The notes: generated by a model not told the origin, from the sequence alone. A stretch of 64,000 nucleotides of DNA from Patescibacteria group bacterium (GCA_035692185.1 DASSIE010000023.1:8259-72258), one strand, 5' to 3'. Numbered from the stretch's first letter, positions 46,540 to 56,148 are shown. Made by a program: numbers and translations.

Positions 46540-48645
46540 ATGTCTAAGAAACACCACAAAAGAAGAATAGATAAAAGAGGCTTTAAATTAAAACTTAAAA
46601 AAGAAACTGCATTTTCAATATCTAGAATATTCTTTTTTGCTCTCGCCGGACTTATATTGATTTCATTTTCCCGCCAAGGGGCAATACTTCTTAAATTAAA
46701 CGACCTGTTAATTACTTATTTTTCTTGGTCTGCAATTTTCCTACCATTTATATTTTTATCTTTTGCTTTTTTGGTTTCTAAATCTAAATTTATTTTAGGT
46801 CAGCCCAATGTTATTGTCGGGGGACTTTTGTTCTTTATCTCTGTAATGTCACTAGGACGTGCTGGTGTTTTAGGAGTCACTTCCTGGGAAGGAATTTCAG
46901 CATTAATTACAGGAGTTGGTGCGGCATTGGTTTTAGTGGGAACTGCACTAGTAGGTCTAATTATCCTTTTTAATACATCAATCGACCAAGTTTTTAAGTA
47001 TATTTCCTCCATGTTTAAAAGTGCCGGGGGTTATGTTTATTCAGGCAACACCATAAAAATGGGAGGAGCTTTTTCTAAATCCCCATTAAAAGTTTCTGGA
47101 GGGTTTCAGCAACCAACCCCAACTGCAAATAGGCCAGTAATGGAATCACCCAAAGAACCACTTGAACAAAAACTGGTTAGCAATGTCCCAGGGGAGGAAG
47201 CAATTTGGAAATATCCATCAATCGACCTATTGTCTGAGGCTGAAAATGGTAAAGCAGACAGGGGGGATATTAAGGGTAATGCCGGAATTATAGAAAAAAC
47301 TCTTGAGTCCTTTGGAATTACTGCTCGTGTAGTTGAGGTTAATTTAGGCCCCGCCGTAACCCAATATGCAATTGAAGTTGCTCTCGGCACAAAATTAAGT
47401 AAAATCACTGGTCTTGAGCGCGATCTGGCCCTAGCTCTCTCCGCTCCCACCGGGACTATCAGAATAGAAGCCCCAATCCCGGGCCGAAACTTAGTTGGAA
47501 TAGAACTTCCTAACCGTGGAGCTGAGTTTGTAAATTTGAAAAAGATGATGGAATCAGAAACTATGCTTGGTATGAAGTCCAAACTTGCTGTTGCACTCGG
47601 ATTTGATGTCAGCGGTAAGCCAATTGTTGCCGACATTGCCAAAATGCCACACGTACTTATTGCAGGTCAAACCGGAAGCGGAAAGTCGGTTTGCATTAAC
47701 GTATTTTTGGCTTCAATTCTATTTCGCGCCGCTCCTACTGAAGTGAAACTTATTTTGGTTGATCCTAAGCGCGTCGAACTTACGGGATATAATGGTATAC
47801 CACATTTATTGTCTCCAGTGATAGTTGAGCCTGAAAAAGTAATTTCGGCCTTAAGATGGGTAATGGCCGAGATGGACAGAAGATACAAACTCTTTGCAGA
47901 AGGTGGAGCAAGAAATATCGATTCATACAACGAAATGTCTGGTTTTCAGGCATTACCTTATATCGTTTTAGTAATAGATGAGTTGGCCGACATTATGCTT
48001 TTTGCACCGGTCGAGGTTGAGGATGCAATTACCCGTATTGCTCAAATGAGCCGTGCTACTGGAATTCATATGGTACTAGCTACCCAAAGACCGTCGGTTG
48101 ATGTTATTACAGGTTTAATTAAGGCCAACGTTCCAAGTCGCATTGCTTTTGCTGTTTCTTCCCAAATCGATTCAAGAGTTATATTAGATACTCAAGGAGC
48201 CGAGAAGCTACTCGGCAAAGGGGATATGCTTTATATGCCTCCAGAACAGGCCAAACCACTTAGAATTCAGGGAGCTTTTGTTAACGACAAAGAAATAAAT
48301 GCATTGGTTTCTTTCCTTAAGAATCAAGGTATTCCAGTGCAATATACAGATGAAGTTACAACAATGAGCAAGGCTGGATCAGTTTCTGTTCCAGGAATGG
48401 TGGGGGACATTGATAATTTATTTAAAGAAGCTGTAAAAGTCGTTTGCCAATACGATAGAGCAAGCGCCTCGCTTCTTCAAAGGCGACTTTCAATAGGCTA
48501 CGCAAGAGCCGCAAGAATTGTGGATCAATTGGAAGCAACAGGGGTAATTGCCACAAGCGACGGAAGCAGTAAGCCAAGAGAAGTTTTAGTTCAAAATGCC
48601 GAAGAATTTTTAGCTACTCTTGGGAACCCTCCTGCCCAGCCTTAA
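46540..48645 (+). CDS. ftsK: DNA translocase FtsK/SpoIIIE
   Basis: N-terminal TMs, PHVLIAGQTGSGKS, DELAD, ATQRPSVDV, gamma domain LQRRLSIGYARA. Confidence 0.96.
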   Translation: MSKKHHKRRIDKRGFKLKLKKETAFSISRIFFFALAGLILISFSRQGAILLKLNDLLITYFSWSAIFLPFIFLSFAFLVSKSKFILGQPNVIVGGLLFFISVMSLGRAGVLGVTSWEGISALITGVGAALVLVGTALVGLIILFNTSIDQVFKYISSMFKSAGGYVYSGNTIKMGGAFSKSPLKVSGGFQQPTPTANRPVMESPKEPLEQKLVSNVPGEEAIWKYPSIDLLSEAENGKADRGDIKGNAGIIEKTLESFGITARVVEVNLGPAVTQYAIEVALGTKLSKITGLERDLALALSAPTGTIRIEAPIPGRNLVGIELPNRGAEFVNLKKMMESETMLGMKSKLAVALGFDVSGKPIVADIAKMPHVLIAGQTGSGKSVCINVFLASILFRAAPTEVKLILVDPKRVELTGYNGIPHLLSPVIVEPEKVISALRWVMAEMDRRYKLFAEGGARNIDSYNEMSGFQALPYIVLVIDELADIMLFAPVEVEDAITRIAQMSRATGIHMVLATQRPSVDVITGLIKANVPSRIAFAVSSQIDSRVILDTQGAEKLLGKGDMLYMPPEQAKPLRIQGAFVNDKEINALVSFLKNQGIPVQYTDEVTTMSKAGSVSVPGMVGDIDNLFKEAVKVVCQYDRASASLLQRRLSIGYARAARIVDQLEATGVIATSDGSSKPREVLVQNAEEFLATLGNPPAQP

Positions 48646-48658
48646 TTTATCAAACTAT

Positions 48659-49285
48659 ATGAAGACAATCGGCCAGTTATTAAAATATGCACGCGACAAT
48701 AAAGGCTATTCCTTAAGGAGGATTGAAGATATTACCAAGATTAAAGCATCATTTATTGATGCTATTGAAAAAGAAAAATGGGAAAATTTACCCCCTTTCC
48801 CAACAATTTTGGGATTTGTCAAAAGTATTTCGACAGCTCTTAACATTGATGAAAAAATGACGGTCGCGATACTTAAACGTGATTATCCACCAAAGAAGTT
48901 AAATATTAACCCCAAACCAGATGTCGCCTCAAAGTTTAGCTGGAGTCCAAAATTAACATTTGCAGTCGGAATTGGAGTATTTTTATTCTTTATTTTCGGT
49001 TATCTATTTTTCCAATATGCAAAGTCAATTTCCGCACCAAGCTTGGAGGTTGAAAGTCCAAAAGATGGGCAGATAATTGTTGGGAATTCAGTTTTAGTTT
49101 TTGGCAAGACAGATTTGGATGCCAAAATTGTTATTAACAATCAACCAATAATAATAGATGAAAATGGAAAATTTTCAGTTAGTATTGAGGTAGTGCCTAG
49201 TACAAAAGAAATTGATGTTGTGGCAACCAGTAGGTCTGGTAAAATAACAGAAGTGAAGAGACAGATACTAGTTACTAGCAACTAG
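48659..49285 (+). CDS. RodZ-like HTH membrane protein with C-terminal Ig-like domain
   Basis: MKTIGQLLKYAR..ITKIK..FIDAIE HTH, TM; follows ftsK. Confidence 0.75.
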   Translation: MKTIGQLLKYARDNKGYSLRRIEDITKIKASFIDAIEKEKWENLPPFPTILGFVKSISTALNIDEKMTVAILKRDYPPKKLNINPKPDVASKFSWSPKLTFAVGIGVFLFFIFGYLFFQYAKSISAPSLEVESPKDGQIIVGNSVLVFGKTDLDAKIVINNQPIIIDENGKFSVSIEVVPSTKEIDVVATSRSGKITEVKRQILVTSN

Positions 49286-49305
49286 ATACTAGATTCTAAA
49301 AAAAT

Positions 49306-49539
49306 ATGGATAACATTCAAACACTTTTAGTAATTGTTGTAATTAGTTTAACTTTTCTTCTTGTTGTTGTTGGAGTACAAGTAATGCTTATTATCATTGA
49401 TTTAAGGAAGGCAATTAAGAGATTAAATAGCATTCTTGAGGATTCTATTTTGGGCGGGGGTTTAATCCGACCCGAGAAACTAACTTCAGTTATGGAGATC
49501 TTACGCAAAAACAAACGCCTCGAAACTCACGGAGGTTAA
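49306..49539 (+). CDS. Small single-TM hypothetical protein
   Basis: N-terminal TM and short coiled coil. Confidence 0.6.
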   Translation: MDNIQTLLVIVVISLTFLLVVVGVQVMLIIIDLRKAIKRLNSILEDSILGGGLIRPEKLTSVMEILRKNKRLETHGG

Positions 49540-49573
49540 CAATTAAGCTTGCTCCTGTTATACTTTAGCCACA

Positions 49574-51370
49574 ATGACAACATCTGACATCAGAAAAAAA
49601 TATATTGAGTTTTTTGTTAAACGTGGACATAAAGAAATTGCTCCCTCCCCTTTGATTTTAGAAAACGACCCGACAACTTTATTTACTTCAAGCGGTATGC
49701 AACAGATGGTGCCATATCTCAAAGGGGAAAAACACGATTTGGGAACCAGGCTTGTTGATTCGCAACCATCCCTCCGTATGCAGGATTTGGAAGAAGTTGG
49801 GGATAACAGACATACTACTTTTTTTGAAATGTTAGGTAACTGGAGTTTAGGGGATTATTTTAAGGAAGAACAGCTTAAATGGGTTTGGGAGTTTTTTACA
49901 AAAGAACTAGGACTCAACTCAAAACATTTGCATGTTACTGTCTTTGTGGGCAACGATGACGTTCCAAAAGACACTGAGACCTTCGGTCTGTGGAAAAAAA
50001 TAGGACTTCCAGAAGGTCATATTCATTTCTATGACGCCACAAAAAATTGGTGGAGCAGGGCAGGAACGCCAGATAAAATGCCGGTTGGCGAAATTGGTGG
50101 GCCAGACAGTGAAATATTTTTTGAATTTGAGAATATACCTCACAATCCAGATTTTGGTAAATTTTGTCATCCAAATTGTGATTGTGGTAAGTTTTTGGAA
50201 ATTGGTAACTCCGTTTTTATGCAGTACAAAAAAGAAGAAGATGGAAGTTTAAAAGAACTTCCACAAAAAAATGTTGATTTTGGTGGAGGTTTGGAGAGAA
50301 TTGTGGCAGCTTTAAACAACGACCCGGATGTTTTTAGAATTGATATTTTTTCTGGTATTTTAAGAAAAATTGAAAAAGAGGCTGGTTTAAATTACGGATC
50401 TAATTCTAAAAAAGATAAATCGTTTAGGATTATTGCAGACCACTTAAGGGCATCATGCAATTTATTAGCAGAAGGGGTGTTCCCATCAAATAAACTTCAA
50501 GGATATGCTCTAAGGCGTTTAATTAGGAGGGCCATGTTTCATTTTCATCTACTCGGAAGCGGAATTAGTGGTACTGCCGTTGCCACGGTTGCCTCCGACC
50601 TCAAAAACAATTATCCAAATATAAAGAAAAATTGGGAGTTTATAGAAGAAAATTTAACTTCGGAGGCTACAAAATTCGAACTTGCACTAAAACGCGGACT
50701 TGCGAAATTAACTTCTGCGGTTGCCAAAGCTGAAAAAATCGATGGCAAATTTGCTTTTGATCTTTTCCAGAACGATGGATTTCCCTTGGAACTTACGATG
50801 GAAATTTTATCTCAAAATGGGATGAAATTTGATGAAAAACAGAAGAATGCCTTTCAAAATGAGTTTGAAAGGCACAAAGAAAACTCAAGAAGTATGTCAG
50901 CGGGACTATTTAAAGGTGGACTGGAAAGCAAAAGTGATGAGACGATAACTAAGCTTCATACTGCAACACATTTACTTCATGCCTCCCTTAGGAAAATTTT
51001 AGGTGAACATGTTTCCCAAAAAGGGAGCCATATTACAAATGAAAGACTGAGATTTGATTTTTCTCACCCCAATAAATTAAATGAAGATGAACTTAAGCAA
51101 GTTGAAGATCTTATGAATGATCAAATAAAAAAAGATTTGCCGGTGAGCTTTGAAACAACAACGCTGGACGATGCAATCAAAAAAGGAGCACTACATTTTT
51201 TTGCAGAGAAGTATGGAAAGGAAGTAAAGGTGTACTCGATCGGAGATTTTTCAAAAGAAATATGTGGTGGCCCACACGTGGAACACACCAATGTGATTGG
51301 ACGTGTTAAGATTATTAAGCAAGAAAAGATAGGATCCGGTGTTGTTAGACTTTATGTAAGTCTAACTTAA
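49574..51370 (+). CDS. alaS: Alanyl-tRNA synthetase (short, no C-Ala domain)
   Basis: LFTSSGM, HTTFFEMLGNWS, DFGGGLER, HTATH, CGGPH. Confidence 0.96.
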   Translation: MTTSDIRKKYIEFFVKRGHKEIAPSPLILENDPTTLFTSSGMQQMVPYLKGEKHDLGTRLVDSQPSLRMQDLEEVGDNRHTTFFEMLGNWSLGDYFKEEQLKWVWEFFTKELGLNSKHLHVTVFVGNDDVPKDTETFGLWKKIGLPEGHIHFYDATKNWWSRAGTPDKMPVGEIGGPDSEIFFEFENIPHNPDFGKFCHPNCDCGKFLEIGNSVFMQYKKEEDGSLKELPQKNVDFGGGLERIVAALNNDPDVFRIDIFSGILRKIEKEAGLNYGSNSKKDKSFRIIADHLRASCNLLAEGVFPSNKLQGYALRRLIRRAMFHFHLLGSGISGTAVATVASDLKNNYPNIKKNWEFIEENLTSEATKFELALKRGLAKLTSAVAKAEKIDGKFAFDLFQNDGFPLELTMEILSQNGMKFDEKQKNAFQNEFERHKENSRSMSAGLFKGGLESKSDETITKLHTATHLLHASLRKILGEHVSQKGSHITNERLRFDFSHPNKLNEDELKQVEDLMNDQIKKDLPVSFETTTLDDAIKKGALHFFAEKYGKEVKVYSIGDFSKEICGGPHVEHTNVIGRVKIIKQEKIGSGVVRLYVSLT

Positions 51371-51474
51371 ATTCGAAATTCGAATATCGAAACTCGAAAC
51401 AATAAATAAACAAAGAATTTAGGATTTAGAAATTTGAATTTGTTTAGGATTTTGTATTTCGTGCTTCGAGTTTA
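51368..51474. repeat. Heptamer-period inverted element family B (after alaS)
   Basis: TAAATTCG AAATTCG AATATCG AAACTCG AAACAAT ... CGTGCTTCGAGTTTA. Confidence 0.8.
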
Positions 51475-51480
51475 ATATAT

Positions 51481-53697
51481 ATGAACCTCAAAGACTTTCT
51501 ACCAAATAAAGAAAAGTCCCCAGAACTTTTTTGGTCTTTGGTTATTGAGCAAGGGTGGGTTCAAGCGGGAATTTGGTACATTGGCGAACCTTCTGCGGAA
51601 GTTGTTAGTATTGGCCCAGGAACAGTATGGGAAACACCTGATGAATTAATAGACGCGGTTGACGCTGCACTTTCCTCCGCCGTCCAAAAATTACCAGAAC
51701 ACTACACCGAACCTACTAAAACTGTTTTTGGAGTTACCTCCAGTTGGGTTAAAGATGGAGAAATAACCGAGGAAAAACTCACAGTTATTAAAAAGATCTG
51801 TGCAGATCTTTCTCTTACCCCGGTGGGATTCGTTGTTTTATCGGAAGCTATCGCCCACCTATATAAATCAGAAGAGGGATCACCCCTAAGCGCAATTATT
51901 TTAGGACTTGGAAAAGATACTTTAGAGATTTCAGTATTCCAAATGGGGAATTTAGTTGGGACAACACAAGTAGCAAAAAGCGTCTCTTTAATAGATGACG
52001 TTAAAGAAGGTCTAACCAGATTTGATGGGGCCTCACCCCTGCCGTCCCGATTTGTAGTTTATGATGGAAAAGGTGGCGAGCTAGCTGAGGCCAAAGAAAC
52101 TCTAATGCAGGAAGTTTGGGAAGACTCTCAGGGGGATGCAAGCACAAAGGGTGTAAAGTTTTTACACACCCCAAAAGCAGAAATTCTTGTAACAGATAGA
52201 AAAGTATTGGCTACAAGTTTGGCCGGCGCGAACGAAATTGGTAATGTAGCCTTTATAAAGTCAAACGAGTCCCCGGTTGAAGAAATAGTTGCCGAATCTG
52301 TTGCGAATGACAAAGATTTAACTCAAGAAACTACTAGTGCTGAAGATTTAGGTTTTGCACTTGGACAAGATGTTACGCTTAACACCCCAAATGTTGAGAA
52401 CGTTGTTCAAATACCACAACCACAAGCCCAGCGTGTGATGCAACAAGAAGCATATGGAACTCAGTTTAATACTGAATCAAAAGCCAGTGAGTATTTTCAA
52501 AAAACAAAAAACATATTTCATAATTTTTCTCACAAAATTTTTTCAAGACAAAACACCCCCCCAACCGGCAAGAAGCCATTAATTGCGTTCGGAGCCATTT
52601 TGGGAATCATTTTAATTGCTGGATTTTTAAGTTGGTGGTTTTTACCTAAAGCAGATGTAACGATTTATGCCTCCCCAAAGGCGTTTCAGCAAGAAGTGGA
52701 GGTTACATTTAACACAAATGGTGAATTTGACCCCACAAAAGGGATTATTCCTTCTCAGGTTGTAACATCCCAAGTGTCGGGAGATAAAACTAAAACTACA
52801 ACCGGAAAAAAGACAATTGGCGACAAAGCAAAAGGAACAGTACAAATTCAGAATGGCACGGCGTTCCCCATAAACATACAATCTTCAACCTTTTTGGTTT
52901 CTTCTGGAAATTTAAAATTTGCAATGGATTCTTCGGCCTCAGTTTCTGCTGCGCTTTCACCCACCTCACCAGGCACAACTGTTGTTTCGGTTACAGCAGA
53001 CTTAATTGGTTCCGGATACAACCTAGCAAAAGGTGAAGTTTTTAAGATTGGCAATTATCCAAAAGCAGAGGTTGATGGAACATCAACGGCAGACTTCTCG
53101 GGTGGAAGTAGCCAGGAAATCGCGGCCGTAGGTAAGGAGGATCAAACAGCACTTGTGACCCAATTAGAAGATGAATTGACACAAAAAGTAAAAGCTGATT
53201 TACTTGGAAAAGTCTCTGAAGGGTCCATTTTTATTGATGATTTAGCGGGTCTTAATAACATTTCTGAAACTTTTGATCACAAAATTGGGGATGAAGCTAG
53301 TAGCTTAAAACTTTCTCTAAAAGTTGAAGCAAAGGCAGTTATGGCAGATAAAACTAAACTCTTGGAATACGCTAGGGGGATTTTAAAAGACAAAATTCCA
53401 TCCGGGTTTGTGCTCCGTGACAGCCAAATAGATTTTAAATTTGTATTTATAGATGAAGAAGATGGCAACTTTAACTATAGATTAGTAGTTAGTGCAAACT
53501 TTTTACCAGAAATTAGTACAAACAATCTTATAAAACAAATTGCGGGAAAGACTTCAACTGTTGTTGAAAAATACTTGACCAATATCCCTGGGTTTACCAG
53601 GGCAAGTATTGTTCTAAAACCACAGCTCCCTGGTTTTTTGGGGACTCTCCCACATATCCATAAAAACATAACTATTCAGATAACTGCAGAAAAGTAA
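51481..53697 (+). CDS. Membrane protein: FtsA/actin-like cytoplasmic part, TM, baseplate-J-like extracellular part
   Basis: TVFGV..W, EAIAH, ILGLG pattern; TM near residue 365-385; KAKGTVQIQN..VTA..GSGYN..FSGGS. Confidence 0.55.
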   Translation: MNLKDFLPNKEKSPELFWSLVIEQGWVQAGIWYIGEPSAEVVSIGPGTVWETPDELIDAVDAALSSAVQKLPEHYTEPTKTVFGVTSSWVKDGEITEEKLTVIKKICADLSLTPVGFVVLSEAIAHLYKSEEGSPLSAIILGLGKDTLEISVFQMGNLVGTTQVAKSVSLIDDVKEGLTRFDGASPLPSRFVVYDGKGGELAEAKETLMQEVWEDSQGDASTKGVKFLHTPKAEILVTDRKVLATSLAGANEIGNVAFIKSNESPVEEIVAESVANDKDLTQETTSAEDLGFALGQDVTLNTPNVENVVQIPQPQAQRVMQQEAYGTQFNTESKASEYFQKTKNIFHNFSHKIFSRQNTPPTGKKPLIAFGAILGIILIAGFLSWWFLPKADVTIYASPKAFQQEVEVTFNTNGEFDPTKGIIPSQVVTSQVSGDKTKTTTGKKTIGDKAKGTVQIQNGTAFPINIQSSTFLVSSGNLKFAMDSSASVSAALSPTSPGTTVVSVTADLIGSGYNLAKGEVFKIGNYPKAEVDGTSTADFSGGSSQEIAAVGKEDQTALVTQLEDELTQKVKADLLGKVSEGSIFIDDLAGLNNISETFDHKIGDEASSLKLSLKVEAKAVMADKTKLLEYARGILKDKIPSGFVLRDSQIDFKFVFIDEEDGNFNYRLVVSANFLPEISTNNLIKQIAGKTSTVVEKYLTNIPGFTRASIVLKPQLPGFLGTLPHIHKNITIQITAEK

Positions 53698-53701
53698 ATT
53701 T

Positions 53702-54379
53702 ATGTCTAGAAAAACAATATTGCGAATCGCAGCATCAATCTCTGGTATTTCCGGAATTATTATTTTGGTTGGGGTAATTTATCCAATAGTCTCATACAAT
53801 TCCACATATACTAAAAATTATACAAAACTTATTTCACCAATCTCTGACACAAAAAAGAATGTAAAAGGAATTACCACAACATCAAAATCAGATTTTACCC
53901 AAGCTTCAAGTTGGTTTCCAAATGGAGCCGACAAAGAAGATTTTAGGTCCTCAAAAGTCGAATACTATACACTTAGTATTCCAAAACTAAGAATTGATAA
54001 AGCGGTTGTAGCTATTGGTGGTGAGGATCTTTCCAAACATATTATTCACTACCCAGGTACTGCACTCCCCGGAAAAAGAGGAAACTCTGCACTTTTTGGC
54101 CATTCAATTCTTCCCATTTTATATAATCCCAAAAACTCCATTTCAGTTTTTTCACTTTTACCAACTCTTAAAAAAGGGGACGAAATTTTTATAGACTATG
54201 ATGGAATTTCATATACATACCAAGTTGAATCAATGTTTGAGGTAATGCCTACAGATATTCAGGTTTTAGATCAAGATTCTTCTGATTCCTTCTTAACCTT
54301 GGTTACCTGTGTTCCACCAGGGGATCCAGGGAACCCAAAAAGACTTATCGTAAGGGCACGTGTGGTTCCACCCCAATAG
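53702..54379 (+). CDS. Sortase
   Basis: N-terminal TM; LSIPKL, HYPGTALPG, GHS, LTLVTC, RLIVRA (His-Cys-Arg triad). Confidence 0.9.
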   Translation: MSRKTILRIAASISGISGIIILVGVIYPIVSYNSTYTKNYTKLISPISDTKKNVKGITTTSKSDFTQASSWFPNGADKEDFRSSKVEYYTLSIPKLRIDKAVVAIGGEDLSKHIIHYPGTALPGKRGNSALFGHSILPILYNPKNSISVFSLLPTLKKGDEIFIDYDGISYTYQVESMFEVMPTDIQVLDQDSSDSFLTLVTCVPPGDPGNPKRLIVRARVVPPQ

Positions 54380-54433
54380 TGACAAGTCAAAGTATTCTCT
54401 TGTATCTTGTTTCCTGTTACTATTAGCGCATAT

Positions 54434-54874
54434 ATGCGCGTACTCGGTATAGATTATGGAAGAGTAAAAATAGGGCTAGCAATTAGTGGTGGCACCCTTT
54501 CCGAACCATTGGAAGTAATTAGATATAAGCAAAGCTTGTTAGGATATCATAAACAGGTGTTGGGGGGCGGAGCTGAGAAAAATATAAAATTACTTTCTGA
54601 GCAACTTAAGCAAATTATAGAAAGAGAGAATATAGAAAAAATAGTTGTGGGAATTTCGGAAGGAGCGATGGGTGTGGAGTCAATGGAATTTAGTGTAAAT
54701 TTAGGCAAAGTTTTAAATACTCCAATAGAAACGTTTGATGAAACACTTTCCACTCGCGATGCCCAAGATTTGTCCCGCGTGGCTGGAATAAATAGAAAAA
54801 AACGCCGAGATATGGAAGATGCTTTTGCCGCCTCAATAATGCTCCAAAATTATTTGGATTCGAATACAGCTTGA
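54434..54874 (+). CDS. ruvX: Holliday junction resolvase-like RuvX/YqgF
   Basis: MRVLGIDYG..IGLA, VVG, DETLST, DAFAASIMLQNYLD. Confidence 0.9.
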   Translation: MRVLGIDYGRVKIGLAISGGTLSEPLEVIRYKQSLLGYHKQVLGGGAEKNIKLLSEQLKQIIERENIEKIVVGISEGAMGVESMEFSVNLGKVLNTPIETFDETLSTRDAQDLSRVAGINRKKRRDMEDAFAASIMLQNYLDSNTA

Positions 54875-54955
54875 TTTAAGTTTATTCATGGTATACTTTG
54901 TATAGAACCTTGTTCAAAACTCGGTAGCCTCGTTTTGAGAGCTACGCTAGGTTAT

Positions 54956-55168
54956 ATGAACAAGTTCATAGATATGTTTAAGAATGTAATAGCTCCAATT
55001 CAGGCTTGGTTAATGAGCCAAGGCAAGTGTGTTGGTTGTGGAACAGATTTATCACAAGGAACAGCTAAAAAAACGAAAACTGGCGAACTTGTTACTTGCA
55101 AAAAATGTGGAAGAATTTTCGTTAAAAAAGATGGAAAATACAGGCGTGCACTTCTTTCTGAAATTTAA
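54956..55168 (+). CDS. Small zinc-ribbon protein
   Basis: CVGC...CKKC. Confidence 0.7.
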   Translation: MNKFIDMFKNVIAPIQAWLMSQGKCVGCGTDLSQGTAKKTKTGELVTCKKCGRIFVKKDGKYRRALLSEI

Positions 55169-55183
55169 TTTTTTTAAATTCCA

Positions 55184-56140
55184 ATGATCAAAAAATTTCT
55201 TCTTTTAATTTTTTTACTCATCGTTTTGATTTCGGGCGGAATATTTTGGTTGTATCAAAACACTAAATCGGTCTCAGCCACCAAAACATTTCAGAATTTC
55301 TTGATTACCAAAGGGCAATCGGGAGCTTCAGTCGCTACTAAACTTCAAAGTGCTGGACTTATTAAAAACGCTTTAGCTTTTAGAATATACGTTCGTTTAA
55401 CTGGACAATCCGGTAAAATTCAGGCAGGTGAGTTTCGTTTGTCGCCTTCTTATTCCCTTTTCCAAACTGTGGATCAGTTATTAAGTGGCCCAATTGAAAT
55501 TTGGGTAACAATTCCGGAAGGTTTAAGAAGAGAAGAAATTGCTGGTAGGTTTGCAACAACTTTAGAGCGCGATCAAACTTTTATTAACGCGTTTTTAGCT
55601 TCATCTAAAGGACAAGAAGGTTATTTATTTCCAGACACTTATCTTTTTGCCAAAGATGCATCAGCTTCAGCCATTGTTAAAAAAATGGCGAATACATTTG
55701 ACGCGAAAGTTGCAAATATTGTGCCTAATGGGACCGCACTTACTCCAAAAGACTTAATTATTTTAGCTTCGATATTGGAAAGAGAAACTAAAACAAACAC
55801 AGAACGGCCAATTGTTGCGGGAATATTAATAAACAGGCTTGAGGCGGGTATGCCACTTCAGGTTGACGCGTCTGTACAATATGCGGTTGGAACTTCTAAA
55901 AACTGGTGGCCGATTTTAACCCGAGCTGACCTAGGTATAAATTCCAAATACAATACTTACAAATTTGCAGGGCTTCCACCATCCCCAATCGCAAGCCCTG
56001 GAATTTCCTCAATTATGGCTAGCTATAATCCGACAGCAAATGATTATTGGTATTACATTCACGACGACTCTGGCCAAATTCATTATGCAAAAACTTTAGA
56101 TGAACATAATGCTAATATTAGAAAATATTTAGGCAAATAA
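55184..56140 (+). CDS. mltG: Endolytic transglycosylase MltG
   Basis: TIPEG, EGYLFPDTY, ASILERE, LQVDA, YNTY..GLPP.PI. Confidence 0.93.
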   Translation: MIKKFLLLIFLLIVLISGGIFWLYQNTKSVSATKTFQNFLITKGQSGASVATKLQSAGLIKNALAFRIYVRLTGQSGKIQAGEFRLSPSYSLFQTVDQLLSGPIEIWVTIPEGLRREEIAGRFATTLERDQTFINAFLASSKGQEGYLFPDTYLFAKDASASAIVKKMANTFDAKVANIVPNGTALTPKDLIILASILERETKTNTERPIVAGILINRLEAGMPLQVDASVQYAVGTSKNWWPILTRADLGINSKYNTYKFAGLPPSPIASPGISSIMASYNPTANDYWYYIHDDSGQIHYAKTLDEHNANIRKYLGK

Positions 56141-56148
56141 TTACCCTC

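Noticed and set aside
51481-53697. Prophage, suggested by the baseplate-J-like domain
   Set aside because: No other phage genes, and the context is housekeeping.
54426-54439. Palindrome GCGCATATATGCGC over the ruvX start codon
   Set aside because: Single occurrence, with no supporting evidence for an operator.
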